DNA of 64,000 nt. Origin: an uncultured virus (IMG/VR IMGVR_UViG_3300009678_000003). Its lineage: Duplodnaviria > Heunggongvirae > Uroviricota > Caudoviricetes. Shown in pieces: positions 27,267 through 37,634 of this stretch. Below the pieces are notes generated by a model that had not been told where the DNA came from, did no database searches, and saw only the letters and a program-made list of their open reading frames with translations. A program made the translations under genes and the position numbers. How positions within the stretch are numbered: position 1 is the stretch's first letter; each line of letters begins with the position of its first letter. The stretch lies in IMG/VR virus record IMGVR_UViG_3300009678_000003; one strand, 5' to 3'.

Positions 27267-27656
27267 ATGAAAAGAGTATTTCAAATTCTGTTGCTGGCAA
27301 GCTTATGTTTTGCTTCAACTCAAGCCCAGGCGGAAGGAATCAAGAAGTTCCCCGGCGAGGCTTTCACGATTACCTGGACCAACCCGACGACCGACTCCAC
27401 AAAGGTTTCGGGTTGGAGAATTAAAGCGTCTCCAACCTCAAGCGGCCCATACAGCTTTACGGGCGTCTCTGTGACTGCAACGGCAAGGCAAGCGGTTATT
27501 CCGGTGGCATTTTCGACCAATAGCGTGATGGTCTTCTACGTGGTCTGCGGATACGTCACATCCGGTACGACTACGCTTGAATCCGATCCGTCGCCAGCTG
27601 CTGGCTTGGAGGTGGACATGAATGTGGTCATGCCGGTGGGAGTCCAGGGAAAGTAA
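27267..27656 (+). CDS. secreted-type FN3-like protein
   Basis: Signal peptide AQA|E; ITWTNP..SGPYS. Confidence 0.65.
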   Translation: MKRVFQILLLASLCFASTQAQAEGIKKFPGEAFTITWTNPTTDSTKVSGWRIKASPTSSGPYSFTGVSVTATARQAVIPVAFSTNSVMVFYVVCGYVTSGTTTLESDPSPAAGLEVDMNVVMPVGVQGK

Positions 27657-28617
27657 AGAGATGCTGGAAATGAAGAGCGCGCGGCTTGCTCTCTTCCTGT
27701 TCGTAGGCGGTTTATTCAGTTCTCTACGGGCCGCAACTTACACAGTCACTCCAGCGGATTTTGGTTCCAAAGTATCAGCAGCAAAGCCTGGCGATGTCTT
27801 TCTCCTTCGTGGCGGCACATATTCGAAGATATCAAGTATTCCTTCAGGAACGTCATGGGGAAGTGCAGTCACGATTAAAGCCTACCCGGGCGAAAAGGCG
27901 ACGATCCGCAAGGTGGGGCTGGTTGGATCCTTTCAATACATCATTTTCGAAGACTTATTCATCGACGGCGAAACATCGAGCAGTGGCGGGAATGAGACTG
28001 TCTATCTCTCAGGTGGCGCGAATCACATCCGGTTTCTGCGCTGCGATATTTCACGCGGGCTAACGCACAATATTTTGATTCCACACACTGGAAGCGACTT
28101 TAACGAATTCATCCAGACAAGGATTCACCATGCTTTGAATGGAATTCCTCGTCAGCATGGAATCTATGCCTCAGCACGGGGCACGTTAGTTGATGGCTGC
28201 GAAATCGACCATAATGGAAGCTATGGAGTCCATTTTTACAATGGATACGCAGGAGAACGCGCAGACGGACAGATTGTGCAAAACAGTAAGGTTCACGACA
28301 ACGGAATAGAGGATCCATCTGCCGCTGGAATAGTTCTAAGCAGTGGCGATGGCAGCAAAGCGCTCTCCAATGACCTTTGGTTTAACCCGAGAGACATTGA
28401 CGTAGCTTGGCGCAACCCTATTGGAGCGGTTGTTCGGAACAACAGCCCAACGACGGTCTATGTGAACTCTGACGCAACCGGTACGCTAGTGGAAAACAAC
28501 TGCATGAACCCTCTCAAGATCACGAACAACGGAGCTGGAACAATCCTGAAGAACAATTCACTGACAGCCTGTCAGATTCAAACAGTTCCGGCGCCAACTG
28601 GCGTGACGGGGCATTGA
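27622..28617 (+). CDS. right-handed beta-helix (pectin-lyase-like) protein (start likely 27661-27670)
   Basis: PGDVFLLRGGTY, Asn-ladder repeats, signal peptide. Confidence 0.85.
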   Translation: MWSCRWESRESKEMLEMKSARLALFLFVGGLFSSLRAATYTVTPADFGSKVSAAKPGDVFLLRGGTYSKISSIPSGTSWGSAVTIKAYPGEKATIRKVGLVGSFQYIIFEDLFIDGETSSSGGNETVYLSGGANHIRFLRCDISRGLTHNILIPHTGSDFNEFIQTRIHHALNGIPRQHGIYASARGTLVDGCEIDHNGSYGVHFYNGYAGERADGQIVQNSKVHDNGIEDPSAAGIVLSSGDGSKALSNDLWFNPRDIDVAWRNPIGAVVRNNSPTTVYVNSDATGTLVENNCMNPLKITNNGAGTILKNNSLTACQIQTVPAPTGVTGH

Positions 28618-28778
28618 TGCACATCCCGATACAGAGTCCTGATATTCGCAGCGTCTATCTGATGGACCGCGCTGGCTGTGGATCACGTCGGTTTTAAGGC
28701 GAATAACAACCCGAGAATGGAGCGCATCAAGCGGAAGGTGATTGAGTATCTAAGGGCGAAGGCGAACGAGGGGAAGAA

Positions 28779-29027
28779 ATGAAACGAAGAGACTTTCTAC
28801 AATCACTAACGGCCGCTCCAGTTGCAGGTATGACGGCGCTCTCTATCTGGAAGCCTGCTCCAAAGATTGTGGGGATCATGGCTGATTATTCTTACGCGCG
28901 CCATAACGTCTCTGGGAACATCTTCGAAGCCTTCAAACCCGGGGAGATGATTTGGATTAAAGGCGGAACCTACTCTCCTGTAACCGCTAAAGACTTGCTC
29001 AAGGAATGGCCGCCCTCCTCAGCCTAG
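28779..29027 (+). CDS. small protein with Tat-like signal
   Basis: MKRRDFLQSLTAAPVAG. Confidence 0.6.
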   Translation: MKRRDFLQSLTAAPVAGMTALSIWKPAPKIVGIMADYSYARHNVSGNIFEAFKPGEMIWIKGGTYSPVTAKDLLKEWPPSSA

Positions 29028-29707
29028 TGACTGGAACTCTGAATCGTCCGGCCAGTCTTCAGCGGCTTGTCAAATCGATTAAAGCTCATACTCCGGTGCC
29101 GTGGGAGTTGGTCATTTCCGACGCTTCGGATGAGCCAATCGAGAATGTTTTCCAGTCAGCCAACATCACAATCCTTCCCGAGCGGCCACGGCTTGGGTTC
29201 GTGAAGGGCTACAATCGAGCGTTCCGCTATGCAACCGGGACCTGGGTTGTCTTCCTGAATGACGACGCTGAGGTGCAACCTGGCTACGCGGAAGCGGCCG
29301 TCGGCTTCATGGAAGCGCATCCCGATGTAGGCTTGGGAGCGCTCTATTACGCGGAGGGCAAGTTGCCATACAGGACGTGGAGCTGCTATGGAATGCTCTA
29401 TGCAAATTTCGGCATCATCAGCCGCGAGCTAGGGAATCAAGTCGGCTGGTTTGACGAAGAACTGACGATGTACGGCTCTGACAATTCGCTGGCTTTTCGC
29501 GTTCTCTTGGCCGGGAAGGGCGTTGCAAGTATCCCGGGCGCGCGCGTCTGGCATCACGTTCAGCTTGATCAGTGGAAAAAGGAGAACCAGCGGCACCGCG
29601 TCGCTGACGGAAGCAAGTTGCATCAGAAGTATTTCCCAAGGGTAGATCAAATGCGAACCACATATCGAGCTACCCGGCATTTGTCTGGACCGGAGATGCT
29701 CAGATGA
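29006..29707 (+). CDS. GT2 family glycosyltransferase
   Basis: LVISDASD, KGYNRA, VFLNDDA, GWFDEELTMYGSDNSL. Confidence 0.88.
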   Translation: MAALLSLVTGTLNRPASLQRLVKSIKAHTPVPWELVISDASDEPIENVFQSANITILPERPRLGFVKGYNRAFRYATGTWVVFLNDDAEVQPGYAEAAVGFMEAHPDVGLGALYYAEGKLPYRTWSCYGMLYANFGIISRELGNQVGWFDEELTMYGSDNSLAFRVLLAGKGVASIPGARVWHHVQLDQWKKENQRHRVADGSKLHQKYFPRVDQMRTTYRATRHLSGPEMLR

Positions 29708-29840
29708 AAAGAGATGTCTCTATAGAGTGCGACTGTTCGAGCTACCGCGACAACATCGGTAAGGTGAACGGGCCGATCATCAACGAAGGATTGCGCTATG
29801 GAACCCAAGGGTACACAGGCGAGACTTTCAGGTTCTGCCC

Positions 29841-31079
29841 TTGGTGTGGGAAACCGCTCGTGGAAAAGTCCGTGCATCACACCGAGGTTGCCAACTGAAA
29901 CGCTTGCATGTGGGTTCGGGCTCCGTTTACTTGCGAGATTGGATCAACGTCGATGTCAAGGGGCCGCGCACCTTCCTAGCCTCTAATCGCCCTGACTTGG
30001 TAGAGAAGTTCGGCACGACAGACGATCAGTATTACGCACGTCACCAAGACAAAACGATTGACACAGTTCGCCAGGGGCCGCTGGATCAAGACTACGTTTG
30101 CGACGCTTACGGCAGTTTTGGCAATCTGCCCTTGCCCTATTGGGAAATAGACGAAGTCCTCGCCAGACACGCATTCGAGCACCTCTCGTTCAACGAGGCC
30201 AGGTCCGCTCTGGACATGCTGGACAGCGTGATGAAGGTCGGAGCCGTCCTGCGGCTCGACGTGCCTGACCACGAGGAAACGGTACGGCTTTTGCAGGAAA
30301 CTCGTGATCCGTTTTATGCTCGCCATTTGCTCGGGCCGAGGCGTGACCAATACGGATATCACATGCGCTCTTACACGAGGCAGGGCTTGATTGACCTCGT
30401 GGAAGACCACGGCTTCTCCTACATCTGCGAGGAGCCAAACATACATTTCTACCCGGCCTTCTGCCTTCGCTTTCACAAGCTCGATCTCATGGCGGCTCGG
30501 GATTATGTCAAGTTGCCGTATTCAATCGAGGACCATTGGAAGGTTCTGGAGATTGGGCCTGGTGCAAACCCGTTCTCACGCGCGGACGTAGTTGTCGATT
30601 GCAACCCAGCGCATCTTGAGCCTTTGACGGCGAAGCGAACGGTCTGCGCTGACCTTGAGCAGGGCCTCCCGGAGCTTGGAGATAAAGAGTTTGACTATCT
30701 GTTTTGCGCGCACGTGTTAGAGCATGTGCAGGACCCTATCGCTTGCGCTCGAACTATGAGCAGAATTGCCAAGAGAGGGACGGCAGTTTTCCCCAGCGTG
30801 ATGAAGGAGTCGCTCTTCAATTTCGAGGAAGCGGCGCATCGCTGGTTGATCCTTCCTCATCCAAATGGGGGTCCTCCGGTATTCGTGCGGCGCAACGGAG
30901 ATATTGAGCGTTTGAAAGACGCAGAGGTGATGGGCTCCATGTGCCGGCTGTTCCGTACCGGGCCGAATCGCATGGGTGAAGAGTCAAGGCATTTGCGTCG
31001 CTGGTTTCGGGAGAAAGAGCCGTTGCTTGATGTGGTTTGTCACTGGCAGGACAAGCTTGAGTTGATGGTGATTCAGTGA
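29841..31079 (+). CDS. tandem SAM-dependent methyltransferase-domain protein
   Basis: LHVGSG...HAFEHL and LEIGPG...HVLEHV. Confidence 0.85.
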   Translation: MVWETARGKVRASHRGCQLKRLHVGSGSVYLRDWINVDVKGPRTFLASNRPDLVEKFGTTDDQYYARHQDKTIDTVRQGPLDQDYVCDAYGSFGNLPLPYWEIDEVLARHAFEHLSFNEARSALDMLDSVMKVGAVLRLDVPDHEETVRLLQETRDPFYARHLLGPRRDQYGYHMRSYTRQGLIDLVEDHGFSYICEEPNIHFYPAFCLRFHKLDLMAARDYVKLPYSIEDHWKVLEIGPGANPFSRADVVVDCNPAHLEPLTAKRTVCADLEQGLPELGDKEFDYLFCAHVLEHVQDPIACARTMSRIAKRGTAVFPSVMKESLFNFEEAAHRWLILPHPNGGPPVFVRRNGDIERLKDAEVMGSMCRLFRTGPNRMGEESRHLRRWFREKEPLLDVVCHWQDKLELMVIQ

Positions 31080-31236
31080 TTGCTATGCAGAGGTTCGGAG
31101 GTAGGTTGATGGATCAGATCAACCCTATTGCCGTCGTTTGGGAATGCGGCAAGTGCGGAGACATCAAGACTTCGACGATTGGTGATGACAAAGCGGCTCT
31201 TCAAATTATGGGGAAGACCTGCGAGAAATGTAAACA

Positions 31237-32406
31237 GTGGATTTACAAACTCTCTGGGCATATGGACGCAGAGCAACACGCTGCTTTCCTCGCAGTCCAA
31301 AAGAAAAAAGAGTGATCCCGCGCGCCGCGATTTTAGACACTTATTACCCTGACTTTCTAAGCACTTGGCAGCTCAATCCAGAGGCTGGCTACGAAGCCGA
31401 GCTGCAGCGGCTCCTGGCTTTCTCATTCGGAACTGCGGACTACTACTCCCGCAACCTCCGCGCGCTGGGCTGGGAAACGCTGGATATCATCGGGAATTAC
31501 GCGCCGCTGCAAGAACAATGGGCTAGAGAGAATGATTGCAGAGCCGCATATCCGTGGAGAATTGTGCTGGAGCAAATCAGGGCCTTCAAGCCTGCCGTGG
31601 TTTTCCTCCAGGATTTGTCATTTCTAAACCATGAGTCTCTAGCGATTCTGAAAAGGGAAGGCTATTTGATGACTGGTCAGTGCTCGTGCCCCATGCCCCT
31701 TGCGGACAAGGTGCGACAATGCGACGTGCTGTTTACCAGTTTCCCTCACTACCTCAAGCGGTTTCAGGATCTAGGAGTCAAAGCGGTCTACCTGCCGCTG
31801 GCCTTCGAGCCGGACGTACTGACGCGGCTTGGGCCGGAAGAACCAGAACGTGATATTGATTGTCTCTTCGTCGGTGGCATCGGCTTCCACTGGACAGATT
31901 CCTTGCCATTGCTCGAAACGCTGGCGAGAGAGATTCCGTCAATGCAGTTCTGGGGCTACGGCTATGAGAACCTTCCGGCTGGGAGTCCTATACGTAAGAA
32001 GTATCTAGGGCCCGCCTGGGGACTAGACTATTACAGGCTTCTGCATCGCGCCAAGATCGTTGTGAACCGCCACGGGGCTGTAGCTGGTCCGTATGCGAAT
32101 AACCTCAGACTTTTTGAAGTCACGGGCTGTGGAGCCTTGCTATTCACCGAATGGCGGAAGAATCTTGACGATTTCTTCACCGCGGATGAGTGCATTGCGT
32201 ACCAGAATCCAGAGGAAGCTGCTCGCCTCGTTCGTCATTATTTAGATCATTGGACGCTCGGCAAATCTATTGCTGAGGCCGGCCAGCAGAAGACACTGAC
32301 GCGGCACACCTACCAGCAGCGGATGCCATTGGTTTCTGAGACACTTCAAAAGAATGCCTGCAATCTCGACACATTACCGCCAACTGAAGCCAGAGGAAGT
32401 CGCTGA
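31237..32406 (+). CDS. CgeB-like GT-B glycosyltransferase (start likely 31312)
   Basis: LPLAFEP, AKIVVNRH, NLRLFEVTGCGA, HTYQQR. Confidence 0.85.
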   Translation: MDLQTLWAYGRRATRCFPRSPKEKRVIPRAAILDTYYPDFLSTWQLNPEAGYEAELQRLLAFSFGTADYYSRNLRALGWETLDIIGNYAPLQEQWARENDCRAAYPWRIVLEQIRAFKPAVVFLQDLSFLNHESLAILKREGYLMTGQCSCPMPLADKVRQCDVLFTSFPHYLKRFQDLGVKAVYLPLAFEPDVLTRLGPEEPERDIDCLFVGGIGFHWTDSLPLLETLAREIPSMQFWGYGYENLPAGSPIRKKYLGPAWGLDYYRLLHRAKIVVNRHGAVAGPYANNLRLFEVTGCGALLFTEWRKNLDDFFTADECIAYQNPEEAARLVRHYLDHWTLGKSIAEAGQQKTLTRHTYQQRMPLVSETLQKNACNLDTLPPTEARGSR

Positions 32407-33091
32407 AGTGGCAGCACTGTACGCCGACGCTTGGATGGATGAGAGGATCCCACAGTTGCAGTACGAGGCGTGTGTTCAGCCGGAGCTGGAAGCGTGGAGA
32501 CAAGGGAAGCCGGTTGCGCCGTATGAAGCGCTCGTTCGCTGTTTTTCCCATATTGGCGTGCAGCTCCCTGGGGCTCTGTTTGGTGTCAGGGTTCTTGAGG
32601 TTGGGGCTTCCTGTGGGTACAACTTGGAAGTGATGAGGTTGTCAGGATTCGATCAGATACATTATCGCGCTCTGGACTTCTCTCCAGCCTACCAGCGTCT
32701 TGCTAAGCGGCTCTGGCCTGACATGCCGTTCGATGTCGGAGACGCGCGTGCGCTGCCGTATGAAGCCGGGGCCTTCGATATCGTGCTCAGCGGCGGGGTG
32801 CTTCTCCACGTCCGCGAATACGAGCAGGTGATTGTTGAAACCTCCAGGGTTGCGAGTCAGTTTGCAATCTTTCACAGGACGCCAGTTTGGAACAAGGAGA
32901 CGGCCTGGTTCCTGAAAGAGGGCTACGGCATACCGATGATTGAGGCTCGATTCAACGAAGCGGAATTGCGCGGGCTCTTCGACGAATACGGCCTGCCCGT
33001 GATAGCGGCGATCGACGTTGCTCCGGCTCAAGACGGCGTGATTCACCGGAGTTACCTTTGCAAGAAAGGGCTGTTTCATCATTCGGTATGA
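32354..33091 (+). CDS. class I SAM methyltransferase
   Basis: VLEVGASCG, LDFS, GDARALPY. Confidence 0.88.
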   Translation: MPAISTHYRQLKPEEVAEVAALYADAWMDERIPQLQYEACVQPELEAWRQGKPVAPYEALVRCFSHIGVQLPGALFGVRVLEVGASCGYNLEVMRLSGFDQIHYRALDFSPAYQRLAKRLWPDMPFDVGDARALPYEAGAFDIVLSGGVLLHVREYEQVIVETSRVASQFAIFHRTPVWNKETAWFLKEGYGIPMIEARFNEAELRGLFDEYGLPVIAAIDVAPAQDGVIHRSYLCKKGLFHHSV

Positions 33092-33305
33092 AGAAACTTT
33101 ATCAATTACTTTGCATCGGTCAGGCATGCGGACGGTGGTTTCATAGCAGGCACCAAAGGACGCTTGTCTATCGTAATTGCACAGTGAGTTGGTGTGCTGT
33201 CTGTCAGGATTGGATAGAGAGGAATGCGCGCATGCTGGGCTACACCAAAACAGACTTCGACCTGAATCACGAAGCCGTAGCAACGCATGATGACAGGATC
33301 AAGCC

Positions 33306-34169
33306 TTGGTTGTTCGGGCTATGAGCGTTTTAGTTAGACGTTATTGCAGCTTGTGGGATTCGCGCTTTCTTCCGCAAGGCTTGGCCCTCTATGACTCTTT
33401 GAATCGCCATTCTAGTCGTCCATTCAGGCTCCACGTTCTGGCGATGGATGATGAATGCGCGGCGGCGCTCAATAGTTTGGCATTGGACCACATGGACGTG
33501 TTTTGGCTCAGCGCCGTAGAGCGATTCATGTTCAACGAGCCAATCAAAGACTCAAGAACGTGGCAAGAATACTGTTGGACGTGCGCCTCAAATTTTGCTC
33601 ATTGGCTTTTGCCTCATAGTGAAATTACTTATCTGGATTCTGATTGCTGGTTCGCATCCGATCCAGAAGCCGTCTTCGCAGAGATCGGCGAGCGCTCAAT
33701 CGGAATTGTCCCACATAGATTTCCTCCAGAGCGGAAGCACATGGAAGTTAACGGAAAGTTCAACGTGTCTTGGGTGACTTTCCGAGGGGCGGTCGGCTTC
33801 AAGTGCCTAGAGAAGTGGGCGCGACAGTGCCGAGAGAAATGCTCTGCTAAAGAAGGATGCGGCGATCAGAAATACTTGGACGCCTGGCCAACAGACTATC
33901 CCGGCGAGGTCTGCGAGATTCAGAACATCGGCGTGGGGACCGCGCCTTGGAACGTCTCTCAATATAGGGTTGTTGATGGCCCGTGGGGAGTGAGGCTCAA
34001 TGGACAACCGCTGATATTTTTTCATTACCACGAGTACCAGCACAATCAACGCCTGACGAACTACAAGCTGCGCAAGGAAGACCGCGACCTGATTTACGCG
34101 CCCTACATTGAGGCGGTGGAAGCGGCGAAGGCGCGAGTTGAATCTTTGATGATGGAGGCAATTCAATGA
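33306..34169 (+). CDS. GT-A fold glycosyltransferase
   Basis: FLPQGLALYDSL, TYLDSD, DQKYLDAWP, APWN, FFHYH. Confidence 0.8.
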   Translation: MVVRAMSVLVRRYCSLWDSRFLPQGLALYDSLNRHSSRPFRLHVLAMDDECAAALNSLALDHMDVFWLSAVERFMFNEPIKDSRTWQEYCWTCASNFAHWLLPHSEITYLDSDCWFASDPEAVFAEIGERSIGIVPHRFPPERKHMEVNGKFNVSWVTFRGAVGFKCLEKWARQCREKCSAKEGCGDQKYLDAWPTDYPGEVCEIQNIGVGTAPWNVSQYRVVDGPWGVRLNGQPLIFFHYHEYQHNQRLTNYKLRKEDRDLIYAPYIEAVEAAKARVESLMMEAIQ

Positions 34170-34567
34170 ACACTTATTTGAATTCAAGAGCGCGAATCAA
34201 CGGAACGAAGATCGGCGATCAGTTCTGTGTCTACACCAACGATGAGCGCACCAGCTTTGCCGTTGAGTCGGATCAAGAGCATCCTCGGGCCTTTCCCATC
34301 AGGGTGTATTCGGATAACAATAATCGTCGGTTTCTAAAAGAGAATGCCGAAATTATCGATATCCTGAAAATAACCGGCATCCTGAAAGGCACGCATGAGG
34401 AGCCCGCCTCCCGAGACGTTTCCATCCGTAAGGTGCAACCGCCAGCCAGCCGAGCGCCAATGTCAATGGCAAACGAAGATCCAAAACCTCAACCTCCACC
34501 AAAGCCTGACTCTACGCCAGCAAAACGAGACGAGCCGCAACCTAAACCTGTGCCGAAAAAGAAGTAG
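34166..34567 (+). CDS. hypothetical protein, Pro/Lys-rich tail
   Basis: ATGA coupling, GGAGG RBS. Confidence 0.6.
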   Translation: MNTYLNSRARINGTKIGDQFCVYTNDERTSFAVESDQEHPRAFPIRVYSDNNNRRFLKENAEIIDILKITGILKGTHEEPASRDVSIRKVQPPASRAPMSMANEDPKPQPPPKPDSTPAKRDEPQPKPVPKKK

Positions 34568-34761
34568 GTAGACGTGAAGACCATCATTCGGATTGACTCT
34601 GCTGAAGTTATTCTTGAGTTTGAATTTCCCTACGTGCAGATGGCCATCTGCGTGGGTGATCAGATGCAATCCTGCCTCACTCTGGATATCAAAGAGGCAG
34701 AAATGCTCCGCGCTAGCTTGCAAGCAATGGTTGATGTTCTTCAGACGCAGGACATCCTGGA

Positions 34762-35445
34762 GTGACAACTGTCTCAGTTGTCGTTGCCACCTACGGCCCT
34801 GACCGAGCCTTCTGGGATGGCCTAGCACGTCGTGCCATCGGCTCCGTCATCAACCAGACGCAGAGGCCCACGGAATTTCACCGCGTGCATGTTGACGAGC
34901 CGAACGCGCTCCATATTGCTAGGAATCGCGGGGCGGCGATGTCTGAGACAGAATTCCTCGTGTTCTGCGACGCAGATGACACACTTCACCCCGAATACGT
35001 CGAAGCCATGCTGGCAGGCGAAGGCGATGTCCGTATCCCAAACCGCGAGCGCTTCTACTGGGACGGTTCGCACAAGCCGGTTGACCAAATCAAGCCGGGT
35101 GGCGACCTGCTCCGGCACAGCCATATCCTAATCGGGGCCATGGTCCGGCACGATCTATTCAACAAGGTGGGCGGATTCGAAGACTTGCCGATCTGGGAAG
35201 ACTGGCATTTCTGGTGCAAGTGCTGGGTGAATGGCGCGACGATGATCCAATGTCCGAAGGCGATCTACCAAGTCCACATCCGGCAGGGGAGCCGCAATCA
35301 ACAGATGGGAAACATCGGTCAGGCAGCACGTATTCGGCTGGAGTTTGAGCCGTTGGCGAGGGCCAAGGGGTTGATGGCAGAGCAGAGAAACGCTGGCGAG
35401 CAGAAACGGCGGTTTGGGATTAGTCGGGAGGGAGCCACGACATGA
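34762..35445 (+). CDS. GT2 family glycosyltransferase
   Basis: VSVVVATY, ARNRG, FCDADD, GGF..WEDWHFW. Confidence 0.9.
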   Translation: MTTVSVVVATYGPDRAFWDGLARRAIGSVINQTQRPTEFHRVHVDEPNALHIARNRGAAMSETEFLVFCDADDTLHPEYVEAMLAGEGDVRIPNRERFYWDGSHKPVDQIKPGGDLLRHSHILIGAMVRHDLFNKVGGFEDLPIWEDWHFWCKCWVNGATMIQCPKAIYQVHIRQGSRNQQMGNIGQAARIRLEFEPLARAKGLMAEQRNAGEQKRRFGISREGATT

Positions 35446-35750
35446 CAAAGGACGATGAAGTGATGCCCGGATGGCCACTAAGCCCAAGGCTGATTCATGA
35501 CGGAGAGCCAAAGAATCCTATACCATGGCCTGATCCGACTCCAGAGATGTTGGCCTCGCCTGAGTTTGAAGCTGTCTGGCAGTGCATCAAGAAGTGGGAC
35601 ATCAATGTACCTGATGCTTACGCTGGATACTGTGGAGCGAACGGGAATCATGTTAGAGCGATTTTAGATGCTCTTGAGCACGTTAAGGCTTCAGAAAAAC
35701 CCAAGCAGTTCTTTACAGATCCGCTTAGCGGGTCTCAGATTGAGTGCTAG
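35442..35750 (+). CDS. hypothetical protein
   Basis: Coupled ORF. Confidence 0.55.
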   Translation: MTKDDEVMPGWPLSPRLIHDGEPKNPIPWPDPTPEMLASPEFEAVWQCIKKWDINVPDAYAGYCGANGNHVRAILDALEHVKASEKPKQFFTDPLSGSQIEC

Positions 35751-36349
35751 TCGCTCTCTGCATCGCTTCCCGAGGCCTCATCCACAGCCGGACGATGGAG
35801 GCTTGCCTCTGGAACATCAAGAACGCTCAGGTTGATTTCATCCCCTGCTTCGAGCACGACAAGCCGATCCCTGACGCACAGAACGCAATCACAGAGAAAG
35901 CGCTTGCTGCAAAGGCCGACTGGCTGTGGTTCTTAGAGGAAGACGTTATTCCCCCTGAGAACGCACTGCGCTTGATGCTGCCTGAAGCCAAGGTCATCAG
36001 CGCGAAATATCGCAACCGCGGCGGCACCTGGGCATATTCGCTCGACCCAAATGGCAGGCTTGAGTTTGCGGGGATGGGCTGCCTACTCGTTCACAGCTCC
36101 GTGTTTGCCAAATTGGAACCTCCAGTTTTTGATACTACCAGAGAATGGCAGTGGAACCATGACGGCACGGTAGAGAATCGCAGGCTTCAGCATGGAGCTT
36201 ACGGTCGGCAAGATATTCACTTCTTTGGCCGTCTATGGCAGGAAGGCATCGAGGCGCGGCTGGCGAATGTAGTCTGTGGACACGCAAGGGTAGTGAAGCA
36301 TGGAGAGCCACACACGAACAAGGGATGTCATGAAATAGAAATTATCTGA
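35744..36349 (+). CDS. GT-A fold glycosyltransferase-like protein
   Basis: LWFLEEDV, GMGCLLV, QDIHF. Confidence 0.75.
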   Translation: MLVALCIASRGLIHSRTMEACLWNIKNAQVDFIPCFEHDKPIPDAQNAITEKALAAKADWLWFLEEDVIPPENALRLMLPEAKVISAKYRNRGGTWAYSLDPNGRLEFAGMGCLLVHSSVFAKLEPPVFDTTREWQWNHDGTVENRRLQHGAYGRQDIHFFGRLWQEGIEARLANVVCGHARVVKHGEPHTNKGCHEIEII

Positions 36350-36363
36350 ACGAATTTTCATAA

Positions 36364-36484
36364 TCCTCGTTTTGCCGGGCCTCATGAACTCGGCAAGAGG
36401 GTGACGCAGCCTTTCGAAAGGGGGCAGTGGTTCTGGGGAAACAATTCCCAGGATTGCTGCCCCCTTTTCTGCGTCTAAGGGGCA
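36364..36484 (+). promoter_or_regulatory. structured leader, copy 1
   Basis: Homologous to 40664-40780 with compensatory changes. Confidence 0.7.
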
Positions 36485-36491
36485 TTTTTCA

Positions 36492-37634
36492 ATGAGCAAC
36501 AAACTTCGACTAGAAACAATCCGGTTTGAGATTCAGGCCGCCGCCAGAAGCCCGAAGGACGTTTACCCGTTCGTCGCAACTATTACCTACGGCGACAGAC
36601 TAAGCGACGGCGACGTGGGAGGAACTGAGTTCATGCCTGGGGGCCCTTACAGGGTCAACATCCCGGCCGCTCTACTCGAAGCCAAGATCTCAGAACTGGG
36701 ACAGCACTACAGCGACATGGTAGCGCACAACGGCGCGGCTGTTTCCGTCAAGGTCCAGGGCCGCGGCGTCTTTGCTGCCAAGGATTTGAAGTCTCACCGC
36801 GAGTCAATCCGGGTTGGCGAGTTTGTCAGCGCCTGGGTTCAGAAGGAGCCAGATGGTTCGGTTGCTGCGAAAGCTTCAGGTTTTTTGTATCGGGAAAGTG
36901 ATCCCGCATTAGTGGACGAGATCATCGCGCTGTCTCGTGATGGCCTCATGGGTTTTTCTTACGACGTGGTGGATGTCACTGCGGTTGTGAAGGAGTCAGA
37001 CGGTGAAAAGTTCGCCGAGCTGACGGGCTATGAGTGGCGCGGTGCCACGCTCGTTTTACGCAAGGCGGCTGCGTATCGGGAGACTGCTTTAGCCGCAACA
37101 CAAATCAAACGAAAGGAGCACGAGATGGAAATGTCTAAAGAAGAAATTCTCGAGACCATTACCAGCTGTCTGACTCCTTTCAAGGCCGAGTTGACCAACA
37201 GCATCGCAAAAGTCACCGCTGATGTTGCGGAATTGAAAGCAAGTCAGAACAAGTTGGAAGCCAGCGTCGCGGCAGCGAAGCCGGCTGAAAAGAAAGAAGA
37301 GAAAGCACCCGAGAACGGCAACGCCGAACTCATCGCAGCCGTAACAGCCGGTTTCAAGGATTTGAAGGACTCTCTGAAGCCTGTTCTTGAAGCCAGCACC
37401 CCCAAGCCAGGGGAAGGCCTACGCAGAAGCAAGGGGCCTCTGGAAATGTTCGCCTCGAAATACAAGGTGGGCGACGACGAAGCGGAATTCACCGCTGAAA
37501 CCTTCACCAATCTCAAGAATCTGATCGACGAAGACGCCGGCATGTCGAAGGACGAGAAGCTGAACCTACTGGCGGCTGTTTCTTCAGGTAAGCGGCGCTT
37601 CCTGAAAGGTCAGATGGCGGGAGGTGTAAGGTGA
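36492..37634 (+). CDS. prohead protease/scaffold protein
   Basis: GFSYD...AAY N-terminal domain, charged helical C-terminus, upstream of capsid. Confidence 0.75.
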   Translation: MSNKLRLETIRFEIQAAARSPKDVYPFVATITYGDRLSDGDVGGTEFMPGGPYRVNIPAALLEAKISELGQHYSDMVAHNGAAVSVKVQGRGVFAAKDLKSHRESIRVGEFVSAWVQKEPDGSVAAKASGFLYRESDPALVDEIIALSRDGLMGFSYDVVDVTAVVKESDGEKFAELTGYEWRGATLVLRKAAAYRETALAATQIKRKEHEMEMSKEEILETITSCLTPFKAELTNSIAKVTADVAELKASQNKLEASVAAAKPAEKKEEKAPENGNAELIAAVTAGFKDLKDSLKPVLEASTPKPGEGLRRSKGPLEMFASKYKVGDDEAEFTAETFTNLKNLIDEDAGMSKDEKLNLLAAVSSGKRRFLKGQMAGGVR

